Below are positions 1 through 8,767 of a stretch of DNA of 57,071 bases, in pieces. The stretch comes from a virus (lineage: Duplodnaviria; Caudoviricetes). Each line of letters opens with the position of its first letter. The stretch's first letter is position 1. The position numbers and the translations under genes were made by a program. The DNA lies in IMG/VR virus record IMGVR_UViG_3300021959_007110, positions 1 to 57,071 of that record, one strand, 5' to 3'. The notes beneath the pieces were generated by a model. That model was not told the origin of the DNA. It searched no databases and worked only from the letters and a program-made list of their open reading frames with translations.

Positions 1-644
1 TCTTTACCAGCAAAATGAATAAACGAGTTAGGAATAGGATAATTATTGGTTCTATCCCAATACCCACAACCAAAAGGTTTATAGTTTAGAGTTTCTGAAA
101 TTTCTGTGATGAGATCATTATTGTAGTGCGCCCAAACATTGAATAAAAACTCATCAGGTTCTCCGCGATCAAAAGACTTAGAAAGCGAACTCAAATTATT
201 AATAGATTTATACTTCTTAGTCCAAGCTGCTTGATCCTTTAAGAAAAAATCATAGAAAAAATGCAAGAAATGAAAAATAAATTTACTATTTTCAACTATA
301 ATTACGCCACAATCATAATAAGTAGAAAAAGTTTTAGGGTATAAAGGCTTATAGTAAGAAACTAATCCTAGTCCTTTAGTATTTGGAATGATTGGATTGT
401 AAAAAGGTAAAATGTCAGAATCAAGATGGATTATTCTATCATAATCATGTCGTAGATTATAAAAAGACTGAAATTTTTGGAAGTTGTAGGGAAGGCGGGG
501 AAATCTTGCAGCCCACGAGGACAATGTGTCAACGCAAACATAGTCATAACCGTTTGACTCTGACCACTCTTTCACTTTAGAAGTGCAAAAATTGATTAGA
601 GGACGATCATCATCAATATTAACTTGAAGAATACACGTTTTCAT
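1..644 (-). CDS. GT-A fold glycosyltransferase (GT8/GT34-like), runs off the left edge
   Basis: Not in the ORF track; translated by hand from ATG at 644: MKTCILQVNID...YDRIIHLDSDILP...YDCGVII...DEFLFN...FIHFAGK. Has a DxD motif, a GV motif and the C-terminal IHFAG motif. Confidence 0.75.
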   Translation of the reverse strand, partial: MKTCILQVNIDDDRPLINFCTSKVKEWSESNGYDYVCVDTLSSWAARFPRLPYNFQKFQSFYNLRHDYDRIIHLDSDILPFYNPIIPNTKGLGLVSYYKPLYPKTFSTYYDCGVIIVENSKFIFHFLHFFYDFFLKDQAAWTKKYKSINNLSSLSKSFDRGEPDEFLFNVWAHYNNDLITEISETLNYKPFGCGYWDRTNNYPIPNSFIHFAGK

Positions 645-837
645 TTGACGAGTTAGAAGATATAGAGATATTGCTGTGTAGTTCTATTAATGTATAAATA
701 AAATCTGCGGGTTCATATAATTGTGAACATTTTCGACATTCTACAATATCAAGAGGCTCTATTTTACCATTCATGAACCATACTTCTTCGTCAGAAGAAC
801 AGACGGGACATAAACTTCTAGCTCTGTATGTACCCAT
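619..837 (-). CDS. small zinc-ribbon protein
   Basis: Start moved to MGTYRAR (837). Two Cys pairs, CPVC and CRKC. Confidence 0.6.
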   Translation of the reverse strand: MGTYRARSLCPVCSSDEEVWFMNGKIEPLDIVECRKCSQLYEPADFIYTLIELHSNISISSNSSNENVYSSS

Positions 838-1564
838 TATAAATTTTGCGGTGATATAAATCCATTGAATGATCGCGTGCTCCATCAAAGAATTCGCGTT
901 TTTTCCAAGCGGCCAGACGACCACGCCATTGATCTTTGATTCGTTGCCAAACAGTCATATTACGAATATTTCCGTAATGATTTATATAAACAAGCTCTCC
1001 GTGGTGACGGTACACAATAGGAGGAGGTACACGAGTCACAATATCATTGTTGTTAACAAAGCGATAATGCTTTATTTTATCTGTATTCATTTCTTTGACG
1101 AAGCGTCTATCACCTACGCGGGGGGAACCAAAAGTGTAAAGTTCGTTGGCGTCTAACCGACTTGCCATGATAGTAGCTAATGCAGCTCCGAGTGAATGAC
1201 CCGTACACGTGATTCGACAATCATCATCAAATTGTTGAGCATCTAAATACTCAACAATCTCACTATACACAAGATTTAGTGCATTAGCAAACCCAGAATG
1301 AACACGACCTTTTTCTTGGGCTCTTTTAGGCCATGCACGTAAATCAGCTAAAAGATCAGATAATTCAGTAGGCTCAGTACCCCTGAAGCAAATTATAACA
1401 GTATTAGATTCTTTATCCCAAGCAACAAAGCATTGAGTACCGCCTTTATCAAACCATTTAAACTTTTCATACCCAAAGGTATCGCATGAAGAACGCACCA
1501 TAGGCTCACCTGAGTATACTAGTTTACTCAGGTAAGCCGCGCGAACTGCTATGTGCATTTTCAT
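818..1564 (-). CDS. lipase class 3 (alpha/beta hydrolase)
   Basis: FRGT oxyanion motif, VHSGF, TGHSLGAA nucleophile elbow, YTFGSPRVG, NNNDIVTRVP and C-terminal DHSM. Confidence 0.92.
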   Translation of the reverse strand: MKMHIAVRAAYLSKLVYSGEPMVRSSCDTFGYEKFKWFDKGGTQCFVAWDKESNTVIICFRGTEPTELSDLLADLRAWPKRAQEKGRVHSGFANALNLVYSEIVEYLDAQQFDDDCRITCTGHSLGAALATIMASRLDANELYTFGSPRVGDRRFVKEMNTDKIKHYRFVNNNDIVTRVPPPIVYRHHGELVYINHYGNIRNMTVWQRIKDQWRGRLAAWKKREFFDGARDHSMDLYHRKIYNGYIQS

Positions 1565-1677
1565 TACTTACTTTTCATTTTCTTTAGGATTGCTGCTTGA
1601 AGTGCTGGCGGTAACTTCTTTTGTGCAGGTGTAAGACCATCTGTCTTGCGTTGCATTTTCATAGGTTCTTTTTTCAT
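1564..1677 (-). CDS. small basic protein (37 aa)
   Basis: Hand-translated MKKEPMKMQRKTDGLTPAQKKLPPALQAAILKKMKSK. AAGGAG RBS; stop overlaps the lipase start. Confidence 0.7.
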   Translation of the reverse strand: MKKEPMKMQRKTDGLTPAQKKLPPALQAAILKKMKSK

Positions 1678-1776
1678 TTTCGTAATTCTCCTTTATTTAC
1701 TTATAGCTTACTACAAGTTAATAGTATCTTAACATAGTAATACTAATTTAAGAAATCAAAATTTTTTAGAGTATGT

Positions 1777-2445
1777 TTATTGGGATACATATAAATTAAG
1801 CTTATCTTTTACATAAAAATCTATTTCATTATAGTTTGAGATGATAGATGGGTAATCTATAGAAATATTTATATCAGGAGTTTTTACGTTAAGAGGCATA
1901 TTATTTTTCTTTAAATATAAAGGAATACTATTATACTCTAAAGGTGTGAAATTGATATTATTATGTTTAAAAAACTTTTTAAAAGATAAAATTGTTTGTG
2001 TGTCTTTAATTAAAACATTTGATAAACTAATAAAATAGTCTTTAGGTATTGATATACCAGAAGTACAATTAATTGGGTTTATTCCTCGATTTGTATACTC
2101 TAATAAAATATATAAACTACATAATCTATTAGTGTGATTTTTTCTATAGGTGAGAAATATTTGATCAAATCCACTAAAGGGTATATTTTTAAAATAGGTA
2201 CATAAAGATTCTGAGGGAAAATATTTAAAATATCTGGAATACAGTTTACTTATACCCTTACTTTTATAAACAAGATAATTAATACCCTGTAAATACTGAT
2301 ATTCAGTTATTTCTTTTTGGGCTAAAGCTGATTGAAGTCTATTAAAAAGAATAGGACCTTCATATTTTATACCATACTTAGCACTGATAGAATTAATTAA
2401 TAACTCACTTCTTGAGCGAGGATTACAACAAACAAGAATTCGCAA
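1777..2445 (-). CDS. sulfotransferase-like protein
   Basis: N-terminal PRSRS (degenerate PAPS-binding loop), YRKN..RLCS segment and a YNSI/YE-like motif. Very AT-rich. Confidence 0.5.
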   Translation of the reverse strand: MRILVCCNPRSRSELLINSISAKYGIKYEGPILFNRLQSALAQKEITEYQYLQGINYLVYKSKGISKLYSRYFKYFPSESLCTYFKNIPFSGFDQIFLTYRKNHTNRLCSLYILLEYTNRGINPINCTSGISIPKDYFISLSNVLIKDTQTILSFKKFFKHNNINFTPLEYNSIPLYLKKNNMPLNVKTPDINISIDYPSIISNYNEIDFYVKDKLNLYVSQ

Positions 2446-2447
2446 TT

Positions 2448-2621
2448 TTACGACTTGCCTCTACGTCCTAAATCTATCTTTTTACCTTTATGGGGTCCTG
2501 ATTTTCGTGGTAACATGCCACGAGCTACAAGTCTGGCTCGGTTTGTAGAACCGATTGAGCGTCCAGACTTATGTTTGCGTAGTAGCGCAGCATAGTTAAT
2601 CTTCGGTTTTTTGTTCGCCAT
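2448..2621 (-). CDS. small basic protein (57 aa)
   Basis: Hand-translated MANKKPKINYAALLRKHKSGRSIGSTNRARLVARGMLPRKSGPHKGKKIDLGRRGKS. Fills the gap between neighbouring genes. Confidence 0.7.
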   Translation of the reverse strand: MANKKPKINYAALLRKHKSGRSIGSTNRARLVARGMLPRKSGPHKGKKIDLGRRGKS

Positions 2622-2841
2622 CATTCATCATCTTTCGTAAATGAGCGTGTTTCTTCATATCATTGTAAATATCTATAACACCACGCGCAGCATGCGTTTT
2701 AAACACAAAAGGAAAAAATGCATGAATAGTACTAGTAATTAGTATTTTGACTAGTCTATAACTATTATAAAGACTGTGCGAAAAATGTGCCCAGTAGCTC
2801 ATACGGCTATTTTTTAAATGCTCTATAGAATTCTTAATCAT
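2596..2841 (-). CDS. conserved small protein (HL...SY..H...IHA.FPF motif)
   Basis: Motif pattern EHL-x4-MSYWAH...IHAFFPFVF. Co-directional with neighbours. Confidence 0.7.
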   Translation of the reverse strand: MIKNSIEHLKNSRMSYWAHFSHSLYNSYRLVKILITSTIHAFFPFVFKTHAARGVIDIYNDMKKHAHLRKMMNDGEQKTED

Positions 2842-2849
2842 AAAGTATG

Positions 2850-3395
2850 TTACCTATTTGCCAGAGGGTTGTCCAAAGATTTTTGTAACTTTCTATCCAA
2901 ATCTTCCTCTAAGGAGTTTAGTTCTCTTTTGACAAAACCTTCCATACCAGATACTTTATCATTGAAACGATTATTAGCATCTTCAATCATAGATCTTGCA
3001 TCTGATTTAGTTCTGTCCATAAGTGCCTGTGCTTCATCTTCTACCTTATCAATATCGTTCTCAACTTTGTCTAGTATTTTTTCCATACGAACTAAGTCTG
3101 CTCGCAAGTCATGCTTTGTATCACGCATAAAATCAACCTGTTCACCGATTGCATCACGAATAATGATAACCTCTTCTCTAGTTACTTGCATCTCTTCTTT
3201 GAGCACTGCAAGGTTCTTATCAAACTCTGATAGGTCAGGTGCTACATAGTTTTGGATCTGTTCTTTCATATCCATATAATCTTTGTAGAACTCAAAGCCT
3301 CCCCAAAGTCCTCCACCTAGTGTTCCAATGAGTGGTAATACTAATAGAAGTTTGCTTCCCCCTACTTTGATTCCGCCGTATTCTATTTCTGCCAT
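2850..3395 (-). CDS. membrane-anchored coiled-coil protein
   Basis: N-terminal TM segment (LLLVLPLIGTLGGGLWGG) followed by long heptad-like charged helices. GGAGAGAG RBS. Confidence 0.85.
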   Translation of the reverse strand: MAEIEYGGIKVGGSKLLLVLPLIGTLGGGLWGGFEFYKDYMDMKEQIQNYVAPDLSEFDKNLAVLKEEMQVTREEVIIIRDAIGEQVDFMRDTKHDLRADLVRMEKILDKVENDIDKVEDEAQALMDRTKSDARSMIEDANNRFNDKVSGMEGFVKRELNSLEEDLDRKLQKSLDNPLANR

Positions 3396-3404
3396 TTCTC
3401 TCTC

Positions 3405-5297
3405 CTATTTAAAGTTATATTGTAAATCTTCCATTGCTCCGAAGTTAGGGTCATTTAAAAACCATCTTGCATATGCGTGGTCTACTGTTGGTTTTGGTGG
3501 GTAAAAATTTGCTAAATCTATATTTTCTTCTTTTCCGTAGTCGTTAAAATCTGGTACAAAACTTATAAGTGCTAATAACCTACGTTGAATATCCATTTGT
3601 TGTTCTAAAGTCACAGCTGCTTCTAATTCTTTTACAGTCTCTATTGCTTTCATAGCTATTAGAAGTCTCATCTTCTCTCTTTTTGAATCCACAGGATTAA
3701 CTTTAGGCATTGCTTTACCAGGAATATTCTCCACATAGTCGGGTTTAGAATTCTCAAGTGCTGCTAGTTCTTTTTCAATATTATCTTCTTGATTGGCGCC
3801 GCCTTGCCTAGCATCAAGCGGTCCTCCTCCAGACGCTTCTTCAGATGAATTTTCTAAAGCGGCTATCTCAGAGTCAATGTCGTCTTCCATAGTAGCCTCA
3901 CCATCTAATGATTCAAGTTCTGCTATCTCAACTTCAATGCTATCATCTATGGTTTGAAATCCTGTTTTTTGTTGTACTTCTTCGGTAGGAGCTTCTACAA
4001 CATCATTAGAAAAAGTGGGGCTTGTAGCAGTGATCTCAGGCTGATAAAAATCAGGCTGACCAGTAGCTAAATCTGTATCAATAGAAAGAACATCTTCAAC
4101 TACAGGGTCTAAGACTGCAAAATTATTATCATTACCCGATAAATCGACGTAACCTGGGCACGTTTGACTGTACTGAGCATCTAAACTACATTGTTCATCA
4201 AAATATGCAATATCGTACCCAGTACATCCTCTGTCAAAAAGAGGATTCTCTTCACATTTTGCAACGTAGTAGTCGGGACAAGCAGGATCCGAAGTTGGAT
4301 TATTTGTACAAGTATTATTGAATAAAGCTAGTGAGTAACCATTACACTGAGAGTCGTAGAGAGGATTCAGACTGCATTGCTGATTTAAATATGCAGTAGC
4401 GTAACCTGGACATTGACTATCATATAGAGGATTTAGCTTACATTGCTGGTTATAGTAAGCAGCTGAATAACCTGGGCATGTTGGGTCAATTAAAGGGTTA
4501 GCCGCACACTGCATAGATAACCATGCCGCCTGATATCCGGGACATCCTGGATCATATAATGGGCTTGCTACACATTGCTGATTGTATAGAGCTTGTGCAT
4601 AGCCAGGACAGGCGGGATCATATGTTTGATTATTATAGCAAGGATCAGCTGAATAATTTACATATAGTCCAGATTCATCAGCTCTAAACTCAGGACCCCA
4701 ATAACCAGCCTGGTTTGCAATGTCTTGTGCAGTTACTTCTACAACAACATTACCAAAGTAAGTAGGGTCTAATCCTATAGCGCCAAAAAGCTCTGTACCT
4801 GTTTTGGTTGTCCAGTTATAAAACTGATTGCCATAATCATATTTGTAACTTTTATATAGGTTACTGTTAGAGTCATAGACATTAACAACAATCTCAAAAG
4901 GATCTACTGCGCCACCACCTGTCTGACCAGAAAAAGTATTCGCATTACCGTTTTTAAACACCCACTCATAGTCGAATCCATCAATTTGAATACCTACTGC
5001 TTGTAAAGCTGTATTTAGTGCAATAGTGTTAGTGAGAGTTTGTTGTGTGCCACTCCAATAATATGTAGTACCGTTGCCCGTATTCTGTGCTTCGTGAATA
5101 TCACCAGTATCAGTACTTCCAGCCCAACAGTCTACATAGTGTGTACATGGACTTATAGTGCCTGTCCATCCATTTCCTAATACAATGATATCACCGGTTT
5201 GACCCCTAGTTGTTGCTTGTTGTGCGTTAGAGTAAGAGGAGCAACAGACCAAGACTAATGCCGCCAGCAGCGATTGCACCATTCCTTTTTTGAACAT
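3405..5297 (-). CDS. secreted protein with Cys-rich tandem repeats and an acidic linker
   Basis: Signal peptide-like N-terminus, beta-rich domain, 8 CxxNPLYDxxCPGY repeats and an E/D-rich region. Confidence 0.85.
   Translation of the reverse strand: MFKKGMVQSLLAALVLVCCSSYSNAQQATTRGQTGDIIVLGNGWTGTISPCTHYVDCWAGSTDTGDIHEAQNTGNGTTYYWSGTQQTLTNTIALNTALQAVGIQIDGFDYEWVFKNGNANTFSGQTGGGAVDPFEIVVNVYDSNSNLYKSYKYDYGNQFYNWTTKTGTELFGAIGLDPTYFGNVVVEVTAQDIANQAGYWGPEFRADESGLYVNYSADPCYNNQTYDPACPGYAQALYNQQCVASPLYDPGCPGYQAAWLSMQCAANPLIDPTCPGYSAAYYNQQCKLNPLYDSQCPGYATAYLNQQCSLNPLYDSQCNGYSLALFNNTCTNNPTSDPACPDYYVAKCEENPLFDRGCTGYDIAYFDEQCSLDAQYSQTCPGYVDLSGNDNNFAVLDPVVEDVLSIDTDLATGQPDFYQPEITATSPTFSNDVVEAPTEEVQQKTGFQTIDDSIEVEIAELESLDGEATMEDDIDSEIAALENSSEEASGGGPLDARQGGANQEDNIEKELAALENSKPDYVENIPGKAMPKVNPVDSKREKMRLLIAMKAIETVKELEAAVTLEQQMDIQRRLLALISFVPDFNDYGKEENIDLANFYPPKPTVDHAYARWFLNDPNFGAMEDLQYNFK
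4149..4640 (-). repeat. intragenic 22-aa (66-nt) tandem repeat, 8 units
   Basis: Units such as CVASPLYDPGCPGYQAAWLSMQ, CKLNPLYDSQCPGYATAYLNQQ and CSLNPLYDSQCNGYSLALFNNT. One unit is 18 aa and the last is partial. Confidence 0.9.
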
Positions 5298-5793
5298 CTG
5301 ATTTTGTCTCCATTTCTTCTACAGTTGGAATTCTACCAGCATTTTCAGGAGCCTCCCATTTTGCAGTCGCCTTGTCCCCAATATCACCTAAGAATGGACA
5401 AGGTGTCCCCGCCATATTCATTGCATCCCATACTCTACGGTCTTGACATAAAACAGAGACAGCTGCAACTTTCATTCCCATATCATAAAGAGTTTTACTT
5501 ATCTTCAATCGTTCACAATTTGGGTCTCTTACAGTTTCTCCAGAAGATATACCAAGAATTTGAGTCTGCACAGCCCCTGCCACACCAACAGTACAAAGAT
5601 CTGAAGAAGATGAACTAACTGAAGGAGTTATAGCCGATGGAGGTGGAGAAATCACAAAAGTACGTGAGTCAGCATCAGTGCTTACTGTCGAATTTGATTT
5701 CGAATCAGTTACTACTGTGCTTGTTGTCTGCGCAAAAGCGGCCCCGCTTGTAATAAGCAGGGCCAAAGTTGTTAATAATCTTATTGTTTTCAA
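5227..5793 (-). CDS. exported protein with a C-terminal membrane anchor
   Basis: Signal peptide ending AFA, PPPSA..P motif, four Cys and a hydrophobic C-terminal tail. Confidence 0.85.
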   Translation of the reverse strand: MKTIRLLTTLALLITSGAAFAQTTSTVVTDSKSNSTVSTDADSRTFVISPPPSAITPSVSSSSSDLCTVGVAGAVQTQILGISSGETVRDPNCERLKISKTLYDMGMKVAAVSVLCQDRRVWDAMNMAGTPCPFLGDIGDKATAKWEAPENAGRIPTVEEMETKSDVQKRNGAIAAGGISLGLLLLLL

Positions 5794-5810
5794 GAGAGTT
5801 TCCTAACTTT

Positions 5811-5975
5811 CTAGTTGTCTTTTTTTATCATATTCCATAAGCCCCAGGCAAGACCTGCCCAAACAACAATGTCTAGTAAGGCCATGCCACCCCAGATAAC
5901 TGCGACTGCAGCAACTGCGACGATTACACCGTTGTGAGTGGAACGTTCTTTGATTCTATCTGTAATCCAGCTCAT
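5811..5975 (-). CDS. small two-TM membrane protein (54 aa)
   Basis: Hand-translated MSWITDRIKERSTHNGVIVAVAAVAVIWGGMALLDIVVWAGLAWGLWNMIKKDN. AAGGAG RBS. Confidence 0.75.
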   Translation of the reverse strand: MSWITDRIKERSTHNGVIVAVAAVAVIWGGMALLDIVVWAGLAWGLWNMIKKDN

Positions 5976-5996
5976 CCACCACTCCTTTCTGTGTTG

Positions 5997-6137
5997 CTAT
6001 TTTTTGCTCTTATTTTTATTTCTTTTAGGCAAAGGAGATGCTAAAACTTTACGTAGCATCTTTGACTGTTTTGCGTGAGCTTTTGAAGCTCCAGCTAACA
6101 AGTCAGCAACTTTTTTAATAGTTTTATCGTTATGCAC
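5997..6137 (-). CDS. small basic protein
   Basis: GTG start at 6137 with AGGAG RBS. Sequence includes LAGASKAHAKQS and a K-rich tail. Confidence 0.6.
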   Translation of the reverse strand: MHNDKTIKKVADLLAGASKAHAKQSKMLRKVLASPLPKRNKNKSKK

Positions 6138-6432
6138 TTTTTCTCCTTTTTGCAGTAATCTTTTTCTGAGCGTTAATAAATTTTCTATAAACACCCGCTG
6201 CCGAGACCTTTCCCATCTCTCTTGCTCGTTGTTCCATAGCAATAGCTGCTTGTGTCTTATGAGCGTGAGATTTTCCTGATCTTTTAATTTTATTTACAGA
6301 GGTTTGTGCAGATTTAACTGTGGCGAAACCTAGCCCTTTTATAGTACCTTTTGGATTCTCATCAGTGTACAAATCACTATGTTTAGTAGAGTTAGCACGT
6401 TGACCTTTTTTCCTAGGGATACGTGGTGCCAT
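6130..6432 (-). CDS. small basic phage protein
   Basis: K/R-rich, contains HSDLYTDENPKGTIKGLGF. Stop/start coupled with neighbours. Confidence 0.8.
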   Translation of the reverse strand: MAPRIPRKKGQRANSTKHSDLYTDENPKGTIKGLGFATVKSAQTSVNKIKRSGKSHAHKTQAAIAMEQRAREMGKVSAAGVYRKFINAQKKITAKRRKSA

Positions 6433-6710
6433 TACTTTTTATTTCTTTTCTTCATGGTGCTTACCATAGTAGGTTTACCACCTGGATTACCTGCTGCACG
6501 TTTGCGTTGTACTGCGCTGCGAATCTGTGCAGCAGTCATGCTATTAGCTTTTGAGCGAGGTACGCACTTCGGATATTTGCCACCATCACCAGCAGACTTT
6601 CTACCACAAGGTTGCCATTTACCATTCTTTTTAGGTGCACCAATGTTTACCCAATCACCTTTTTTACCTTTGCCAAACCATGCGGTAAGGCCGCCTCTAG
6701 GTTTAGCCAT
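6432..6710 (-). CDS. small basic phage protein
   Basis: GGLTAWF...WVNI...CGRK...YPKCVP. TAATG coupling on both sides. Confidence 0.8.
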   Translation of the reverse strand: MAKPRGGLTAWFGKGKKGDWVNIGAPKKNGKWQPCGRKSAGDGGKYPKCVPRSKANSMTAAQIRSAVQRKRAAGNPGGKPTMVSTMKKRNKK

Positions 6711-6865
6711 TATCTGTACCCGCCGCCACGTTGTTTATAGGTTCTAACTAACCAACCATTAGCATAAGCTGATGGATAAACGTTAAATTTTCTTTTAGCC
6801 TCGGCCTTAACTCGTGCATATAGTTTTGGATTTGTGGGTTTTGCGCCCTTTTTCTTAACTGCCAT
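6710..6865 (-). CDS. small basic phage protein (51 aa)
   Basis: Hand-translated MAVKKKGAKPTNPKLYARVKAEAKRKFNVYPSAYANGWLVRTYKQRGGGYR. TAATG coupling on both sides. Confidence 0.8.
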   Translation of the reverse strand: MAVKKKGAKPTNPKLYARVKAEAKRKFNVYPSAYANGWLVRTYKQRGGGYR

Positions 6866-7296
6866 TATATAATCCTTTCACTAATATTATATTTACCTGT
6901 ATATATTCGTTTCACTAATGTTATAGTTACCTTTTGGCTAACATCATCTACGTAGTATCTTTTAAAAAAATTTTTAAACTCAATTGGACGATCTTTGGAA
7001 TTATCAAAAAGAGGTATGTATTCAATTTTAGAATATTTCTTAGATGGGTATTTGTAGTCTCTTAAAACAAACCCTAAAACAAAATCCCAAGTATCTTTTC
7101 CGTCATATAAAACTGAATGCGCATTACTATTGATAACGTAAACCTTACTTCTGCTATACAAAAACATCTGTGCTGCTACTGCTGATACGATCTGACAATG
7201 AGAAAATAAATTATATTCTTGTTTCAGCTCTTTGTGGAGTAACTCACTAAGTTTAGTAACAATATGACTATCTACAGAGATAGATTTTAATCTCAC
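6865..7296 (-). CDS. putative transglutaminase/papain-like protein (paralog of 8062..8472)
   Basis: HCQIVS...SNAHSVLYDGKDTWD, a Cys-His-Asp pattern shared with the paralog. Confidence 0.5.
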   Translation of the reverse strand: MRLKSISVDSHIVTKLSELLHKELKQEYNLFSHCQIVSAVAAQMFLYSRSKVYVINSNAHSVLYDGKDTWDFVLGFVLRDYKYPSKKYSKIEYIPLFDNSKDRPIEFKNFFKRYYVDDVSQKVTITLVKRIYTGKYNISERII

Positions 7297-7315
7297 ATAT
7301 CTTTCCTTTAAGTTT

Positions 7316-8053
7316 TTAAACTTCTTTAACGTATTTAATCATAATTGATTGTTTTTTGATTGTAGGAAATTTTTTAAGCCAATTTTGCTCTTTTGCAATA
7401 GAAGTATCTTTTAGAGGATGCATTCTACGATTAATAGTATCATTTTTAAACCCAACTCCCATTAAAAGAATTGGATGTTTATTTGTACCTAAAATTTCTT
7501 TTAATTTATCATAATTCATTACACAAGAACAACAACCTGTTTCATAGCCTAAGAGAGTAGCAGTCATATTTACATATCCTGCAGCTACCCCCACTGCAAC
7601 ATGTCTATCAAGATTTATAATACGACTTGTTTCTTCTATATTGATTCCAGCATTTGATTCATTAGCCTCTTTGTGAGATCCATCCGCTACATCTTTCTCA
7701 ACAAATACTAAAAGTAGATTGCCTAAAACTTGCGGATTAGAAAGAGTTTCATATCCCGTATTATCTTTGTCATTTAGCATTAAATTAGTTGTAGTTTCAT
7801 AAATACTATCTATTACTTTCTTATTTTCAATCACGTAAAGATCATAAAAAGCTACATTTTGTTTACTAGGACACTGTGTAGCAGCAGTTATAATTGTTTT
7901 TAAATCATCCATAGGAATCTTTTTTGTTCTATCGAAGTTTCTTTGTGCATGCTGACTTCTATGAATAGCTTTAATTATATCAGTATTTTCCCATTTCGTT
8001 CTTGCCTCTTTGGGAAAAGGGGCAGAAGTCATAAAATTTTCTACGTGTATCAT
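7316..8053 (-). CDS. nitroreductase family protein
   Basis: SQHAQRNFD...IITAATQCPSKQN, GYVNMTATLLGYETGCC and LLMGVGF. Confidence 0.8.
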   Translation of the reverse strand: MIHVENFMTSAPFPKEARTKWENTDIIKAIHRSQHAQRNFDRTKKIPMDDLKTIITAATQCPSKQNVAFYDLYVIENKKVIDSIYETTTNLMLNDKDNTGYETLSNPQVLGNLLLVFVEKDVADGSHKEANESNAGINIEETSRIINLDRHVAVGVAAGYVNMTATLLGYETGCCSCVMNYDKLKEILGTNKHPILLMGVGFKNDTINRRMHPLKDTSIAKEQNWLKKFPTIKKQSIMIKYVKEV

Positions 8054-8061
8054 TTGATCTC

Positions 8062-8472
8062 CTATTTATAATATTTTAACCTTGATATATTAACATGATT
8101 AGAACGAGCCACTTCTAACACTTCTTTAGAATAAAACTCTTCAATAAATTTCTTAGGTCTTATAGCATCATGTAAATATTCAACTTTGTCTAAACTGAAG
8201 TCATCTCTTGGATAACGAAAGTTTCTTACAACAAACCCAGACTTCAAGTCCCAGGTATCAATACCGTCATAAGCTACTGCGTGACTATTGCTCTCTATTA
8301 GATAACAAAAGTTTTTAATTTTAGCAATCTCATAAGCAGTATATGAAGCCATCGCATAACATGGATATATATAAAACCATAACTTCTCATTTGTATCAGT
8401 GTTAGTAAAAAATCCTTTTTTAAAAGGAACGAGAGATGGATGATCAATAGGAATATGACCATCAAATTTCAT
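8062..8472 (-). CDS. putative transglutaminase/papain-like protein (paralog of 6865..7296)
   Basis: PCYAMA...SNSHAVAYDGIDTWD. Confidence 0.5.
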   Translation of the reverse strand: MKFDGHIPIDHPSLVPFKKGFFTNTDTNEKLWFYIYPCYAMASYTAYEIAKIKNFCYLIESNSHAVAYDGIDTWDLKSGFVVRNFRYPRDDFSLDKVEYLHDAIRPKKFIEEFYSKEVLEVARSNHVNISRLKYYK

Positions 8473-8693
8473 TAATAACTCCTAATAACTCTACCTTTAA
8501 ATGCCGTTTTATCAGCGCACCAATCTTCTGGATGCATGTGCCTAGGTCGTTTTCCTGCAGGTTTACTTACCATACGTCCCATAGGAGTATAAAAAGCACA
8601 CCATTCTTGTTGTGGTCGACGTTTAACAGAGGAACTCATTGATTCCCAAGCTTTTGTACCATTAGATGATTTAGTTAATTTACGAACTGCCAT
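8472..8693 (-). CDS. small basic protein
   Basis: GGAG RBS, K/R-rich, lies downstream of a promoter. Confidence 0.7.
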   Translation of the reverse strand: MAVRKLTKSSNGTKAWESMSSSVKRRPQQEWCAFYTPMGRMVSKPAGKRPRHMHPEDWCADKTAFKGRVIRSY

Positions 8694-8705
8694 GATTACT
8701 CCAAT

Positions 8706-8760
8706 AAAAAAGGGTATATTTCTATACCCTCATTGTTACACTTTGAGATTTGTATGTCAA
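8706..8760 (-). promoter_or_regulatory. sigma70-like promoter overlapping an intrinsic terminator hairpin
   Basis: Minus strand: TTGACA-N17-AACAAT, then AGGGTAT-AGAAAT-ATACCCT-TTTTT. Confidence 0.6.
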
Positions 8761-8767
8761 AAAGAAA

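Noticed and set aside
392-580. 62-aa plus-strand ORF
   Set aside because: Antisense shadow of the minus-strand glycosyltransferase (1..644), which has clear motifs.
4149-4640. 66-nt periodicity resembling a CRISPR array
   Set aside because: Repeats are conserved at the protein level with synonymous variation, inside a long ORF.
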